Source: Methanotrichaceae archaeon
GTDB lineage: Archaea > Halobacteriota > Methanosarcinia > Methanotrichales > Methanotrichaceae
Length of the DNA: 64,000 nucleotides
Direction: 5' to 3'
Assembly: GCA_963748825.1 (NCBI GenBank)
Contig: CAVVKN010000004.1
Coordinates: 83,739 to 147,738 of the forward strand
The notes under the pieces: model-generated
What the model was told of the DNA's origin: nothing
Seen by the model: only the letters and a program-made list of their open reading frames with translations
The model's database searches: none
Position numbers and translations under genes: made by a program
In this document: in pieces, positions 28,147 through 38,317 of the stretch
Numbering within the stretch: the stretch's first letter is position 1
How the letters are laid out: the number at the start of each line of letters is the position of its first letter

Positions 28147-28967
28147 AGTGGTACGAACCCGTACTCCTCTGCAACCTTCTGACCCGCGGCCCCCATCATG
28201 AAATCTATAAAGGCCTGGGCACCAGGCTTGGCGTCGCCAAAGGTGTAGAAGTACAACTTGCGAGCAAGCTCGTAGCTTCCGTTCTTAATGGTCTCAGCCG
28301 TTGGCTTGACGCCATCCAGGGTGATGGCACCGACTGCTTCATCCTCGGCATAGCTGAATCCCAGATATCCTATAGCCTTATCACTGCCGGTTAATGCCGT
28401 CCTGATCTCAGCATTGCTGCCAGCGACGGTGTTCACTCCGGGAGTCTCAGCCTTCTTATCATCCATGATATCTTCATTGAAGGTGTCCCTGGTGCCGGAA
28501 CCCTGCTCCCTGGCAACGGCCAATATTTCTGAATCTGGGCCACCCACATCTTTCCAGTTGATGGTCTCTCCTGAGTAGATCTTCTTGACCTGATCCTTGC
28601 TGAGGGCAGTCACGCCGGCATCAAAGATCTTCTTGCTGACACCAATGACTATGCCGTCGTAGCCCACCAGATTCTCCTGGAACTTGTCGCCGAAATTGCT
28701 CTTCTCTTCGGCAGTAACCTCGCGGGAGGCCATCGCTATATCGGAGTTGCCCTCGGCAATATTCTTCATGCCCACCCCGGTGCCGCCCCCGGTTACAAGC
28801 ACCTGATAATCGGACTGCTCGCCATTGAAGGCCTCCGCCCCGCCTTCTGCCAGAGGCAAGACCGTCGTCGATCCAGAGACACGAACCGTCTCCTTTGCCA
28901 TGACCATAGAGGTGCCGATTGCACCTACGATCAAGGCGATTATTAGAGCACTAAATAGCGTTTTCAA
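28143..28967 (-). CDS. pstS: Phosphate ABC transporter substrate-binding protein
   Basis: VSGSTTVLP, GGGTGVG, DIAMASR, REQGSGTRDTF, Y.L.R.LY. Confidence 0.93.
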   Translation of the reverse strand: MKTLFSALIIALIVGAIGTSMVMAKETVRVSGSTTVLPLAEGGAEAFNGEQSDYQVLVTGGGTGVGMKNIAEGNSDIAMASREVTAEEKSNFGDKFQENLVGYDGIVIGVSKKIFDAGVTALSKDQVKKIYSGETINWKDVGGPDSEILAVAREQGSGTRDTFNEDIMDDKKAETPGVNTVAGSNAEIRTALTGSDKAIGYLGFSYAEDEAVGAITLDGVKPTAETIKNGSYELARKLYFYTFGDAKPGAQAFIDFMMGAAGQKVAEEYGFVPL

Positions 28968-29265
28968 TTGGAATTCACCAGCGATAGGAAGCCTGTAATG
29001 GTATGTAAAGTTAACCTAAATAAAATATAGTTTTGCTTACATGTATATTACAAGGTCATTAAATATATAGTCTATATTCATCAATTTATTTGTACCGATT
29101 TCCGCACAGTTCTGCAGAACCAAACGACTATTATCAATCTAACTTATTTTTATTCTATTGTTATTTTTTATTTAAGACAAAATAGTATATAGAATATGGT
29201 CACAAAATAGAGATATATGTTTTAATGAGAGAAGAAATATATTGGACGGATTCAAATGAGAAGAA

Positions 29266-29760
29266 ATGATGTTTGAAGCGATCGGATGTGAGGATTCTCG
29301 AAAAAGCGAGAACCTGCTTGGCCTTCTGGGATACTACGAGGCTATTTTAGAGAGAAAAGGACTGATGGCCAGGATAGGAGAAATTAGATCCCTCAAACTG
29401 GGCTTGATCTTGGACCTATTGAAGATGGTAAATATCGCTGAGGACTTAAAGGGCAATTTGATCACATCAGTGGTGAGCGCCTGGGAGATGAACGGCGATG
29501 ATAAGAAGTTGGTGCAGGGCGAGGAAGAAATAAAGACAATGCGTAGCAGCATCGCCGCCGTTCGGGAAAATGCCCAGATGGTACTGCATAATTGCAATCC
29601 AATTAACTTGATGCAACTGGACGTCACTGTGATGTTTGCCTTGCCGCTAATGCCTCACGACCTCAAAAAAGATGATGTGCCAAAAATCCGCGATCTACTC
29701 AACCAGGTAATGGAGAACTTTGCCATGAGAAAAGAACAGGGATTTGCACCAGGCCTATGA
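29266..29760 (+). CDS. Hypothetical helical protein divergent from pstS
   Basis: Clean 164-aa ORF; no recognised motif. Confidence 0.65.
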   Translation: MMFEAIGCEDSRKSENLLGLLGYYEAILERKGLMARIGEIRSLKLGLILDLLKMVNIAEDLKGNLITSVVSAWEMNGDDKKLVQGEEEIKTMRSSIAAVRENAQMVLHNCNPINLMQLDVTVMFALPLMPHDLKKDDVPKIRDLLNQVMENFAMRKEQGFAPGL

Positions 29761-29997
29761 CCTTGGATATTCCTCTCTTGCCCATGGCCATGCAATGAGC
29801 CAGACGACCTTGAATCTTCTGCCCCGATTAGCCATATAGTATAACCTAGCAATGATTTTTTTGCAAGAGACAAAGCGACAAAGGAGATTGATGACTAAGA
29901 GGCATCAGATTTTGCTCCCGCCTCATTGATATTATAGGAATCTCTTGCCACCATATAGATACAAAATTTCCTGTACGATCCAAATTTTCTGGCCGGC

Positions 29998-31245
29998 CTA
30001 CCAGGATATCTTCTTTCGATAGTGATTTCTTACTACTATGGCCAGCATATTGGTGCCCAGCACTAAGGCAATGAGCACCAGAGCCGTGCCCCAGGCCCTG
30101 GCCTCCACATCCCATGCCCCCAGGAAGTAGATCAGATTCAAGAGATGGTAATCCAGGTTATTGACCGGCTGAAATACATTGGGGATAACGCCGTAAATCA
30201 TCTGCACGGGCGTGGCAGTAAATGTCACTGCCGTCCACATGATGGGCGCAGTCTCTCCCGAAGCCTTGGCCACCCCAATGATCACGCCCGTGAGTATGCC
30301 GGGCATGGCCGAAGGCAAGACCACCTTTCTTATCGTCTGCCACTTGGTAGCCCCCAAAGCCATGCTTCCCTCCCGCAGGGAGTTGGGAACGCTCTTTATG
30401 GCCTCCTGGCAGGTCAATATTATGGTAGGGATATTTATGAGCCCCAGGATTATGGAGCCGGATAAGAGAGACACCCCGAAGTATGTCACCAGAAAGGCCA
30501 AACCGAATAGACCGAAGACCACAGAAGGAACGCCGTTTAAGCAGCTTACCGCAATGGTGATGATACGGTTAAGCCTCTGGCTCTTGGAGTATTCATGAAG
30601 ATAGATGGCCGCACCGATGCCCAGGGGTGAAGATATGACCATAGCACCTAAAACCATCCATAAAGAGCCCAATATGGCTGTGCTGATCCCGCCAGCCTGG
30701 CCCAGGCGCCTGTGGGGTGTGGTCAAAAAATCCCAGCTGATGACCCCAATTCCTTTGTAGATTATTATGAAGAGTATTCCGCCCAGTAAGAGGAGCGATA
30801 GTACCGCGGAGAGCTTGACTGCCAGAAATACCAGGACCTCCCGACCCCGAGCGCTGTATTCGTAGATGATATTAAGAGCATCCTTTATGCACAGCAAGCT
30901 GGCAAAAAAGATCAGAAGAGGAAGAATAAAAGCATAATCGAAGGAGGCGCCCACCCCAAGAGGCCGGCGAATGACAAATCCAGCATGAAGGGTCCCGGAA
31001 TACACCAGAAAGAGGATGGCTGAACAGATAAGAATGTCTAGGGCCAGGAAAGGAGCTGTCTTCAGATAAACAGCTTTGGAGACAGAATACGATAGGAGAA
31101 TCAGAAGCAGGCTCGCGAAAAGGCTGGCCTGCCATATAGGCGTCAGCTTTTCCAGGTTGGGTTGAAGAATGAGGCATGCTAGCGAGGAGACGAACAAAAA
31201 CACCGATATGGCAAGAGATGCCCCCAGAACAGGCCTGGTATTCAT
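29998..31245 (-). CDS. pstA: Phosphate ABC transporter permease PstA with extra N-terminal TM extension
   Basis: GGI..AILGS, AIYL.EY, GVPS.V.GLFG, EA...VP..LREGS.ALGATKWQT, GETAP. Confidence 0.92.
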   Translation of the reverse strand: MNTRPVLGASLAISVFLFVSSLACLILQPNLEKLTPIWQASLFASLLLILLSYSVSKAVYLKTAPFLALDILICSAILFLVYSGTLHAGFVIRRPLGVGASFDYAFILPLLIFFASLLCIKDALNIIYEYSARGREVLVFLAVKLSAVLSLLLLGGILFIIIYKGIGVISWDFLTTPHRRLGQAGGISTAILGSLWMVLGAMVISSPLGIGAAIYLHEYSKSQRLNRIITIAVSCLNGVPSVVFGLFGLAFLVTYFGVSLLSGSIILGLINIPTIILTCQEAIKSVPNSLREGSMALGATKWQTIRKVVLPSAMPGILTGVIIGVAKASGETAPIMWTAVTFTATPVQMIYGVIPNVFQPVNNLDYHLLNLIYFLGAWDVEARAWGTALVLIALVLGTNMLAIVVRNHYRKKISW

Positions 31246-32166
31246 TTAGTATCCCCCGAATTTTCGTCTGATACGAACCCGAGCATAATCAGCAACTAGA
31301 CTGAATATGGTAACTACTATGAGAAGAACGAATCCGACTGCAAAAAGGACATGGTAATGCATTGAACCTCTGGCCACCTCGCCCATCTCACCAGCGATGA
31401 TCGAGGTGAAGGATGCGCCCTGATCAAAGATATCGTAAGGAGGAGAGGCCAGTCTGGCTACGTTGCCCACTACCAGCAGCACGGCCATGGTCTCTCCGAT
31501 TATGCTTCCAATGTTGAGGAGAATGGCCGCGGTAATTCCTGATGATGCCGCAGGTATGGTTACATTTCTCAGGGTCTGCCAGCGATTGGCACCCAATGCC
31601 AGGGAGCCCTCCTTGAATTCGCTGGGCACAGCCCGCAGAGCATCCTCGCAGATGGTGGTAAGGCGGGGAATGAACATTACGCCAAGAAGGATCGATCCGG
31701 CCAGGATCGACCTGCCGGTGAGCATATCAAAGCTGTCCTGCAAGTAGGATACGAGAATTATCACCCCTAAAAAACCATAGACAATGGAAGGGACGCCGGC
31801 CAAGAGCTCAATGGACGGTTTCAATAAGGCCTTACTCTTAGGCCCGGCCAGCTCCGCCAGGTAAATGGCCAGAGGAAAACCGATCATGATATTTATAAAG
31901 AGAGCCAGAAGAGTGATAACCAGTGAGGTAGTGATAATGGGCAGTAATCCATAAATATCGCCTGAAGGATGCCATTTCGAGCCAGATAACAGGGAGAATA
32001 TGCCAAGTTGCGAAAAAGCAGGGAGGCTTTCATGAATGAGGAAGTAGAAGATGAGAAGCATGATGAGGATGGAGGCGATGGCAGACATGAAAAGCAGAGC
32101 CTCCACAAACAACTCCCCATATTTGCGAGGCATCTTTATTCTCGGCAGATCCATACGCCTTGTCAA
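31246..32166 (-). CDS. pstC: Phosphate ABC transporter permease PstC
   Basis: W.P....YG.LP, ELLAG.PSIVYG, AVP....EG.LALGA.RWQT, GETMAV. Confidence 0.93.
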   Translation of the reverse strand: MTRRMDLPRIKMPRKYGELFVEALLFMSAIASILIMLLIFYFLIHESLPAFSQLGIFSLLSGSKWHPSGDIYGLLPIITTSLVITLLALFINIMIGFPLAIYLAELAGPKSKALLKPSIELLAGVPSIVYGFLGVIILVSYLQDSFDMLTGRSILAGSILLGVMFIPRLTTICEDALRAVPSEFKEGSLALGANRWQTLRNVTIPAASSGITAAILLNIGSIIGETMAVLLVVGNVARLASPPYDIFDQGASFTSIIAGEMGEVARGSMHYHVLFAVGFVLLIVVTIFSLVADYARVRIRRKFGGY

Positions 32167-32271
32167 AACACATTAACGGGTTAAAGCCCTTACGTATGGA
32201 ATCTATATAGAGAATAGGCTCGGCCTAAATCACTATATAGGCAGCTTTTACAATTATGATGATAGGAGACA

Positions 32272-33405
32272 TCACAAGCTCAGCCTGCTTAAAATCTCCT
32301 CAGGCTCATAGCGCACGCTGATGACGCGGCTTCGGCCCCGCTCCCCCGCCCCGGTAAAATCGGCATTTATCAGCCGGATAGAATCGAGCTTATTGAGAAT
32401 CTCATGAAAACGAGTGTATCCCGCACCCGACTGCTCATGAAAGCGAGCAAATAGCTCGCCTGCGCGCCAGCTTTTTTGCTCCGCGGCCAGTCGCAGCACA
32501 ACCAGTTCATCGTCTTTCAGGGATTTCAAGGCATAGGTGAGGTGAACCAGGCGGGAGCGATCGCAGGAGCTGGCCACATCAACAAGCGAGACACTCTTAG
32601 AGGCACGCTTTTCCGCAGATAGGCCAGACCTCTTGAGAAGGTCAATTCCCACCCGCAGGTCCCCGGACCTCTCTGTGCAGTCCACAACCGCCTCCAGGAC
32701 ATCATCGGCCATCACGCTGGGATAAAAGCCCATCTGCACCCTGCGGCTCAGGATGTCGCGTATCTCTGATCGGGCGTAGAGAGGAAAGATGATTTCTTCC
32801 GGCTGGAAGACAGAGACCACGCGTGGGTCGAGAACATAGTTCAAGGCAAGCTCGCTCATAACTCCGATCACACCCATCCTGGCACCGGGACAGGTCTCAT
32901 GGGCCCGCAAGAGGGAGTACAAGACGTGATCCACCTCCTTTTCGTGGAAGAGATAATTTATATCGTCTAAAGCCACCATCAGCACCTTATCCTGATCTGA
33001 GCAGGCCTGGGCCACCTTTTCGAAGATGCGTTTGAAGGATATGCCGCTGGAGGGAGGGGCATGATCGAAGACCTTTTTGTAGATCTGATAAAACACAGAA
33101 TATCTGGTCGAGTCCATCTGGCAGTTGACATGCACAGGAATGACATTTGTAGAATGGGCCTCTATTTCCTCGAAGAGCTTGAAAAGAGCTGTGGTCTTGC
33201 CCGTACCGGGTGGCCCCAGACAGAGGGCATTGACGGGACGGGCGCCCTGCAAAGCCGGACGGATGCAGAATTTCAGACTGTTCATCTGATCTTCCCGGTG
33301 CAAGAAGTGCTCCGGCAGATGATCTAACTCAAACAGATCCCTGTCCTTGAAGAGCGTCTCCTCCCAGAGGAGCATATCCGGCTTTTTAGATTTTTCGGGG
33401 CTCAC
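32272..33405 (-). CDS. cdc6: Orc1/Cdc6 replication initiator
   Basis: HRE.Q, GPPGTGKT, VNC, LDD, F..Y...EI..IL..R, GDLR.GIDLL, RGRSR. Confidence 0.95.
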   Translation of the reverse strand: MSPEKSKKPDMLLWEETLFKDRDLFELDHLPEHFLHREDQMNSLKFCIRPALQGARPVNALCLGPPGTGKTTALFKLFEEIEAHSTNVIPVHVNCQMDSTRYSVFYQIYKKVFDHAPPSSGISFKRIFEKVAQACSDQDKVLMVALDDINYLFHEKEVDHVLYSLLRAHETCPGARMGVIGVMSELALNYVLDPRVVSVFQPEEIIFPLYARSEIRDILSRRVQMGFYPSVMADDVLEAVVDCTERSGDLRVGIDLLKRSGLSAEKRASKSVSLVDVASSCDRSRLVHLTYALKSLKDDELVVLRLAAEQKSWRAGELFARFHEQSGAGYTRFHEILNKLDSIRLINADFTGAGERGRSRVISVRYEPEEILSRLSL

Positions 33406-35306
33406 TGGTTGAGTATATTTTGTATTTCCTTCTTCAATATGGCGCTCACCGTGCCGCCATCGGCTTTGCCCCTCAATTCCTTCATCACCAGGCCCATCAG
33501 TGGTGCTGCGGCCCTCTCTCCCTTGGAGCGCACCAGATCGGCCTTGCTCGCCACGATTGCCTGAACGGCCTTCTCCACATCTGCTTCATCCACGCCCGTC
33601 AGGCCCGCCGCTGCAGCCGCCTCATCTGCGGTCATTTCCGGATGCTCGGCCAGGGTGCGCAGCAGATCCGTTAGCCCCTCTTTGGCCACGCGACCCTGAG
33701 CCATGAGGGCAAAGCTCTCCACATAATGCCGATCGATCAGGTTGGAGACGGCTACTCCCTCACGGGCCAGCTCGATGGGGATGGTCCCCAGAGCCCGGAC
33801 CACAATGGAGGAGGAAACCGGATAATTTTGCACAATCTCCTCAAAGAGAGGATAGCTGGGAGAGGCTGCCATAACCCGGGCCTGTTCGGCATTCAAGCCA
33901 TATTCGCGCTCGAAACGCTTAGATCGCTCTGCAAAGAGCTCAGGCAGCTTCAGCTGGCTGAGCATCTCCTCGGTGATCGCAACCGATGGCACATCCGTCT
34001 CCGGATACATGCGAGCGGAGCCAGGCAGGGGCCGCATGTACTCCGAGCAGCCGTTGGGCAGAGCCCGGCGCGTCTCCTCAGGCACGAAGGCCAGCGCCTC
34101 GCGGGCTCGAACCAGCACGGCTTGTAGCGCCTTTTCCGCCCTTTCCCGCGGCCCAGTGACCATGATCACGGCGTCGCCCTCGCCTGCCGCGAGCAGGCCG
34201 CGCACGGCTTCGACCTCCTCGGAGGTTACGCCGTAAGCGGGAAGCTCATCGGTATGAAATATGCCGCCCACACCTGCTCTTTTGGCTCGGTCCGACATCT
34301 CGGAGCCCAGTCGGCGATCGGGCTGAATCTCCCGGCCCACCAGTCCGGCAAAACCTGTCAGCCGACAGGCTAAGACCACGCCGCCACTTTTAAGGGAGCG
34401 GGCCAGCACCTTGGAGCCGGTAGCCGCGAAAATATTTGATACATCCCAAACAACAGCATCAACCGATGCCCCGCGACGGACCAGCTCATCTCTTATTTCC
34501 AGCAGCCGCACCTGGCGCAGTGCCTCAAACTCCACCACCTTGTCGACCAGATTCAGGGCCTGAACACCCTTAACCTCTACGCGCGCTCCGCCCTTGATGG
34601 AGACATTTACATCCTGGCGGATGGTGCCAAGGCCTCGCTTAACGCGACCAGTAGAGCGCAGGATCATTCCCAGGTAGGATGCAACCTCACGGGCGTGCGC
34701 CGGAGAGACGATATCCGGAGCCGTGCCTATCTCCACCAACGGTATTCCCAGCCGGTCTAAAGAGTAGACCATGCTGTCCCCTCGATCCTCGATGATGCGC
34801 GCCGCCTCCTCCTCCAGGCTGAGGATGCCTATGCCCACAGCGCCCTCTGTAGTCTCGATACTGCCGTCCGATCCGACGTAGCCGGTGCGCTGGAAGCCGG
34901 AGGTGTTGGAGCCGTCTATCACCATCTTACGCATGGTCTGCAGCTCATCCACGATTTTCATGTTGAGCAGCCGGGCAATGACCAGGGAGATCTCGAGGGC
35001 CTCGGCATTTATCTCCCGGGGCGGTTCCTCATCCGCCTCTACCAGACAGGTGCTGTCATAGGACTTATAATGGAACTTGCGCGATACCAACACCTCTTCT
35101 AGAGCGGCGCGATCGATCTCGCCAAGTTCGCTTCGCGAGGGTCGAAGATACCGGAAGAACTCGAAATTGGACTCCTCCACCTCCCGGTGTTTGGTGGGGC
35201 AGCCGCAGAAGAGCTTGCAGGCTGTGTCAAGCTGCTGGTGAATCTCAATGCCGCATATCAGGCCTAAAGCACGGTAATCTAACCTGGGAGAGTCTTCTTT
35301 TGCCAT
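33402..35306 (-). CDS. gatE: Glu-tRNA(Gln) amidotransferase subunit E
   Basis: DY..LGL.CGIEIHQQL, MRK.VIDGSNTSGFQRT, GLGTIRQDVN, RPLPG.ARMYPETD; start at MAKED. Confidence 0.96.
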   Translation of the reverse strand: MAKEDSPRLDYRALGLICGIEIHQQLDTACKLFCGCPTKHREVEESNFEFFRYLRPSRSELGEIDRAALEEVLVSRKFHYKSYDSTCLVEADEEPPREINAEALEISLVIARLLNMKIVDELQTMRKMVIDGSNTSGFQRTGYVGSDGSIETTEGAVGIGILSLEEEAARIIEDRGDSMVYSLDRLGIPLVEIGTAPDIVSPAHAREVASYLGMILRSTGRVKRGLGTIRQDVNVSIKGGARVEVKGVQALNLVDKVVEFEALRQVRLLEIRDELVRRGASVDAVVWDVSNIFAATGSKVLARSLKSGGVVLACRLTGFAGLVGREIQPDRRLGSEMSDRAKRAGVGGIFHTDELPAYGVTSEEVEAVRGLLAAGEGDAVIMVTGPRERAEKALQAVLVRAREALAFVPEETRRALPNGCSEYMRPLPGSARMYPETDVPSVAITEEMLSQLKLPELFAERSKRFEREYGLNAEQARVMAASPSYPLFEEIVQNYPVSSSIVVRALGTIPIELAREGVAVSNLIDRHYVESFALMAQGRVAKEGLTDLLRTLAEHPEMTADEAAAAAGLTGVDEADVEKAVQAIVASKADLVRSKGERAAAPLMGLVMKELRGKADGGTVSAILKKEIQNILNQ

Positions 35307-35310
35307 TGAT

Positions 35311-35541
35311 CTACCTTTCAGAGACCAGGGGAGGTTTAACTCTTTTGACTGCCTCTCTGATATCCTCGGACTTGACCGTCTTTCTCTTGGCATGATGAGC
35401 CCAGCCGACCGCCTCACGGGCCACCTCTAAGCCATAGCTTTCTAAAACCTCTGCCAGCGCATCCCTCGCGCCTTCGCTCACTCTCTTAGCCCCCGCCTCG
35501 CGAATGAGTCTGCTCACCGGGGCAACAGGAAGTATCGGCAT
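35311..35541 (-). CDS. Archaeal histone (HMf family) with short C-terminal tail
   Basis: LP.AP..RLIR.AGA.RVS..A...L.E, A.HAKRKTVK.EDI; GAGGTG RBS. Confidence 0.95.
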   Translation of the reverse strand: MPILPVAPVSRLIREAGAKRVSEGARDALAEVLESYGLEVAREAVGWAHHAKRKTVKSEDIREAVKRVKPPLVSER

Positions 35542-35875
35542 TTGTCATACACCTCATAAATCCGGATTTTGCAGCCAGAAGAGACAAAATTTGAACCTTC
35601 TAGAGCTACAAGCCAGAATAAGCAGTCTGTTCACCTGCAATTCCATATATAATTTTTGTTGGGCAAAAGTTTTCATTATTGGAGGGAGATCTCTCAATCG
35701 GCTCGATTCAAGATTTATAATCTGTAAATAATCCGATATTTCACATCAATTAAAAAATCGAATGAACATTATAGCTTTATTCAAAATATAAAGCTCGAAG
35801 AGGAGAAAAATCCAGAAAAGTGGATGGGAAATGTTATTTAGGGTGCCACTAATGCGATTAGCAAGAGAGGAGCGG

Positions 35876-36214
35876 ATGATGAGCGAGCAGGTATGTAAGG
35901 CAATTATATACAAAGATTTAGAAGATGTTTATGGTCCCTGTGGATGCGGTATGAATCTGGCCACTCTGCCCGTACTTCTTCCCCGAGACTGGGTAATAGT
36001 GGAGCGCCCCGCCCAGGCGGAGTATGACGAATTCGGCAAGGGCTTTGATTTCAGGCGAACCTCGGGATTTACCTGCAACCAGGTCTTTGAGCATGAGATG
36101 GATGGCATAGAGTACATGGCCAATTTCTCCTGCTGCTCAGAGTGTGCTGAGAAGGCAGTAGAGAACGGGTATGCGACCTTCGCCACGAAATCCTATCCGA
36201 GAGCACTGCGCTAG
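35876..36214 (+). CDS. Small Cys-containing hypothetical protein
   Basis: GAGGAG RBS; PCGCG and CCSEC motifs. Confidence 0.65.
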   Translation: MMSEQVCKAIIYKDLEDVYGPCGCGMNLATLPVLLPRDWVIVERPAQAEYDEFGKGFDFRRTSGFTCNQVFEHEMDGIEYMANFSCCSECAEKAVENGYATFATKSYPRALR

Positions 36215-36245
36215 AAACAAAGAGCGTCCGGCAAGAGGTATCCCT

Positions 36246-36494
36246 TTGAAATACAGAGTATATTCAACGCCTTCCTGCCCCAAATGCGAACAACTCAAAG
36301 CGGCACTGGGAAAGGCAGGCATCTCTTTTGAGAATCAGGATATGAGCACCCCCAAAGCCCTCACGGAGCTACGCATTAACGGGGTATTTACCCTTTCTGC
36401 GCCCGTGCTCCAGGCGGACGATAAGTTCTACACAGTAGAGGAGCTTTTCTCCGGTGAGAAGCTTGTGAATCTGGCCGAGATCCTCAAGAGCTAA
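36246..36494 (+). CDS. Glutaredoxin/NrdH-like redox protein
   Basis: TTG start after GAGGT; VYSTPSCPKC, SAPVL. Confidence 0.85.
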   Translation: MKYRVYSTPSCPKCEQLKAALGKAGISFENQDMSTPKALTELRINGVFTLSAPVLQADDKFYTVEELFSGEKLVNLAEILKS

Positions 36495-37168
36495 AACTCC
36501 CGGCCCCGCACGCGACCTATATCGAAGACAGCGGTGCTGGCTACATGCATGACCGCGAAGGTGCCAGCTTGAATGGGATCAGTTACTACCAGATCCGCCT
36601 GCTCGGGAACCGAGCCGGCCATCTTCAGAGCGATAACCGGTATCCCTTCTTCCTGTAGCCTTTTCACCTCTTTCGTGATGCGTCCGCCCATGAGGGCTCC
36701 GGCCAATACCAGGATAGAGGCACGCGGCAGCCGGCGCACAGCGCTCACGGCATCGGCAATAGCATCTTCTCCCACCAGTGGAATGGTATCCACGCTGATG
36801 CGTTCTCCTCGCAGATTATGCCGATCGGCCTCGCTCACAGCTCCCACAGCGACCTGAGCCACCTGGGCGCCGCCGCCTATGATGATCACCCGGGAGCCGT
36901 AGATCTTCTCGAAAGGCTCGTGGATGGAAACCTCGAAGACGGAATCAAAAGAGGCCAGCTCTTCCACCACCACCAAAACATCCTCGGCAGGACAGTCTAT
37001 CTCCATATAAACCGAGGCTTTGCCCCGGTTCATGCCTCTTTCCACTACAAACTGTTGAGTGTAAACAATGTTGCCGCCCCTTTTGGCCACCGCGCCGGCG
37101 ATGTCGCGCAGCATTCCCGGGCGATCCAGACATATCACATTAATCGCGGTACTCATATCGTGCCTCAT
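36491..37168 (-). CDS. ACT-domain protein (archaeal DUF5612/COG2150 type)
   Basis: N-terminal ACT (DRPGML); IYG.RVIIIGGGAQVAQVA.GA.SEADRHN.RGERISVDT. Confidence 0.88.
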   Translation of the reverse strand: MRHDMSTAINVICLDRPGMLRDIAGAVAKRGGNIVYTQQFVVERGMNRGKASVYMEIDCPAEDVLVVVEELASFDSVFEVSIHEPFEKIYGSRVIIIGGGAQVAQVAVGAVSEADRHNLRGERISVDTIPLVGEDAIADAVSAVRRLPRASILVLAGALMGGRITKEVKRLQEEGIPVIALKMAGSVPEQADLVVTDPIQAGTFAVMHVASTAVFDIGRVRGREF

Positions 37169-37223
37169 TCATCACCAAGGATACTGGGAAACTTTAATAT
37201 GACGAGTGGTTTACTTTATATCG

Positions 37224-37532
37224 ATGGATTTTTGTCCCCAATGTAAGAGCATGATGATGCCCAAGGACGGCATGATGGTCTGCAGAAAGTGCGGCCACAA
37301 GATAGCGAGAACTGTAGGCGAATCCATGGTCAGCAAGACCAAGCAGCTGGATCGCGTAGTGCCGGTCTTAGAGCAGGAGTCATCGGGCCTGCCTACTACC
37401 AATTCCAGGTGTCCGGAGTGCGGCAATAATATCGCATACTGGTGGCTTCGCCAGCTTCGTTCTGCTGATGAGAGCGAGGTTCGCTTCTTCCGCTGCACCA
37501 AATGCAGCAGAACCTGGCGAGAGTATGACTAA
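37224..37532 (+). CDS. tfs: Transcription factor S
   Basis: MDFCPQC..C..CG; CPECGN..AYWW..Q.RSADE...FFRC.KC...WREY. Confidence 0.95.
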   Translation: MDFCPQCKSMMMPKDGMMVCRKCGHKIARTVGESMVSKTKQLDRVVPVLEQESSGLPTTNSRCPECGNNIAYWWLRQLRSADESEVRFFRCTKCSRTWREYD

Positions 37533-37564
37533 GCATCAACTATATTAAATATTAAACGGTTCTG

Positions 37565-38317
37565 ATGGAGGAGGCTCAAGGAATGTTCAAGGCAGTAATC
37601 AACGCAGAAACTCTGCGCGATGCAATCGATTCAGTCTCTTCTCTGGTGGATGAGGTCAAGTTCTCCATATCGGAAAATGGCCTGGAACTTAAGGCGGTAG
37701 ACCCTGCGAACGTGGCTATGGTTTCGCTTAAGATTGGCAATGAGGCCTTCGAATACTTCAAAGCCGATACTTGTGAAATCGGCATAGACTTGGTTCGGCT
37801 CAGTGATGTTCTGAGCATGGCCGATAAGGGCGAAAATGTGCAACTGGAGCTAGAAGAAGAGAGCCACAAGCTGAAGATTGGAGTGGGGTCCCTCTCCTAC
37901 ACCTTAAGCCTGATCGATCCCACAGCCATCCGCAAAGAGCCGCGCATACCAGAACTGGATCTGCCGGCCCACGTGACACTCCCTGGAGTGGAGCTACGCC
38001 GGGCGGTAAAAGCCGCAGAAAAGGTCAGCGATCATGTAATACTGGGCGTCTCAGATGAGGGCTTTTACATGGAAGCCAAAGGAGACATCGATTCGCTCAA
38101 GCTAAAGATTCCCAGCACCGAGCTTTTGGGCATGAAGCCCGGCGAGGCCAGGAGCCTCTTCTCCCTGGACTATCTGGAAGACATGTCCAAATCCATCAGC
38201 AAGGCAGGCGAGGTCACACTAGAGATGGGTATAGACTACCCGCTGCGCATTCACCTCAAGCTCGGCCAACATGTGGAGATCAATTACCTCCTAGCTCCTA
38301 GAATTGAACAGGAATGA
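37565..38317 (+). CDS. pcn: DNA sliding clamp PCNA
   Basis: MFKA.I, AVDPANVAMV, SLFSLDYL, DYP, LLAPRIE. Confidence 0.97.
   Translation: MEEAQGMFKAVINAETLRDAIDSVSSLVDEVKFSISENGLELKAVDPANVAMVSLKIGNEAFEYFKADTCEIGIDLVRLSDVLSMADKGENVQLELEEESHKLKIGVGSLSYTLSLIDPTAIRKEPRIPELDLPAHVTLPGVELRRAVKAAEKVSDHVILGVSDEGFYMEAKGDIDSLKLKIPSTELLGMKPGEARSLFSLDYLEDMSKSISKAGEVTLEMGIDYPLRIHLKLGQHVEINYLLAPRIEQE

Noticed and set aside
32166-32272. Possible replication origin beside cdc6
   Set aside because: Only about 100 bp, no ORB repeats or G-string; better explained as the pstC promoter.
35307-35417. N-terminal extensions of gatE (and likewise moeA to 41264, priS to 48857)
   Set aside because: They overlap neighbouring genes; downstream ATGs match the family N-termini.
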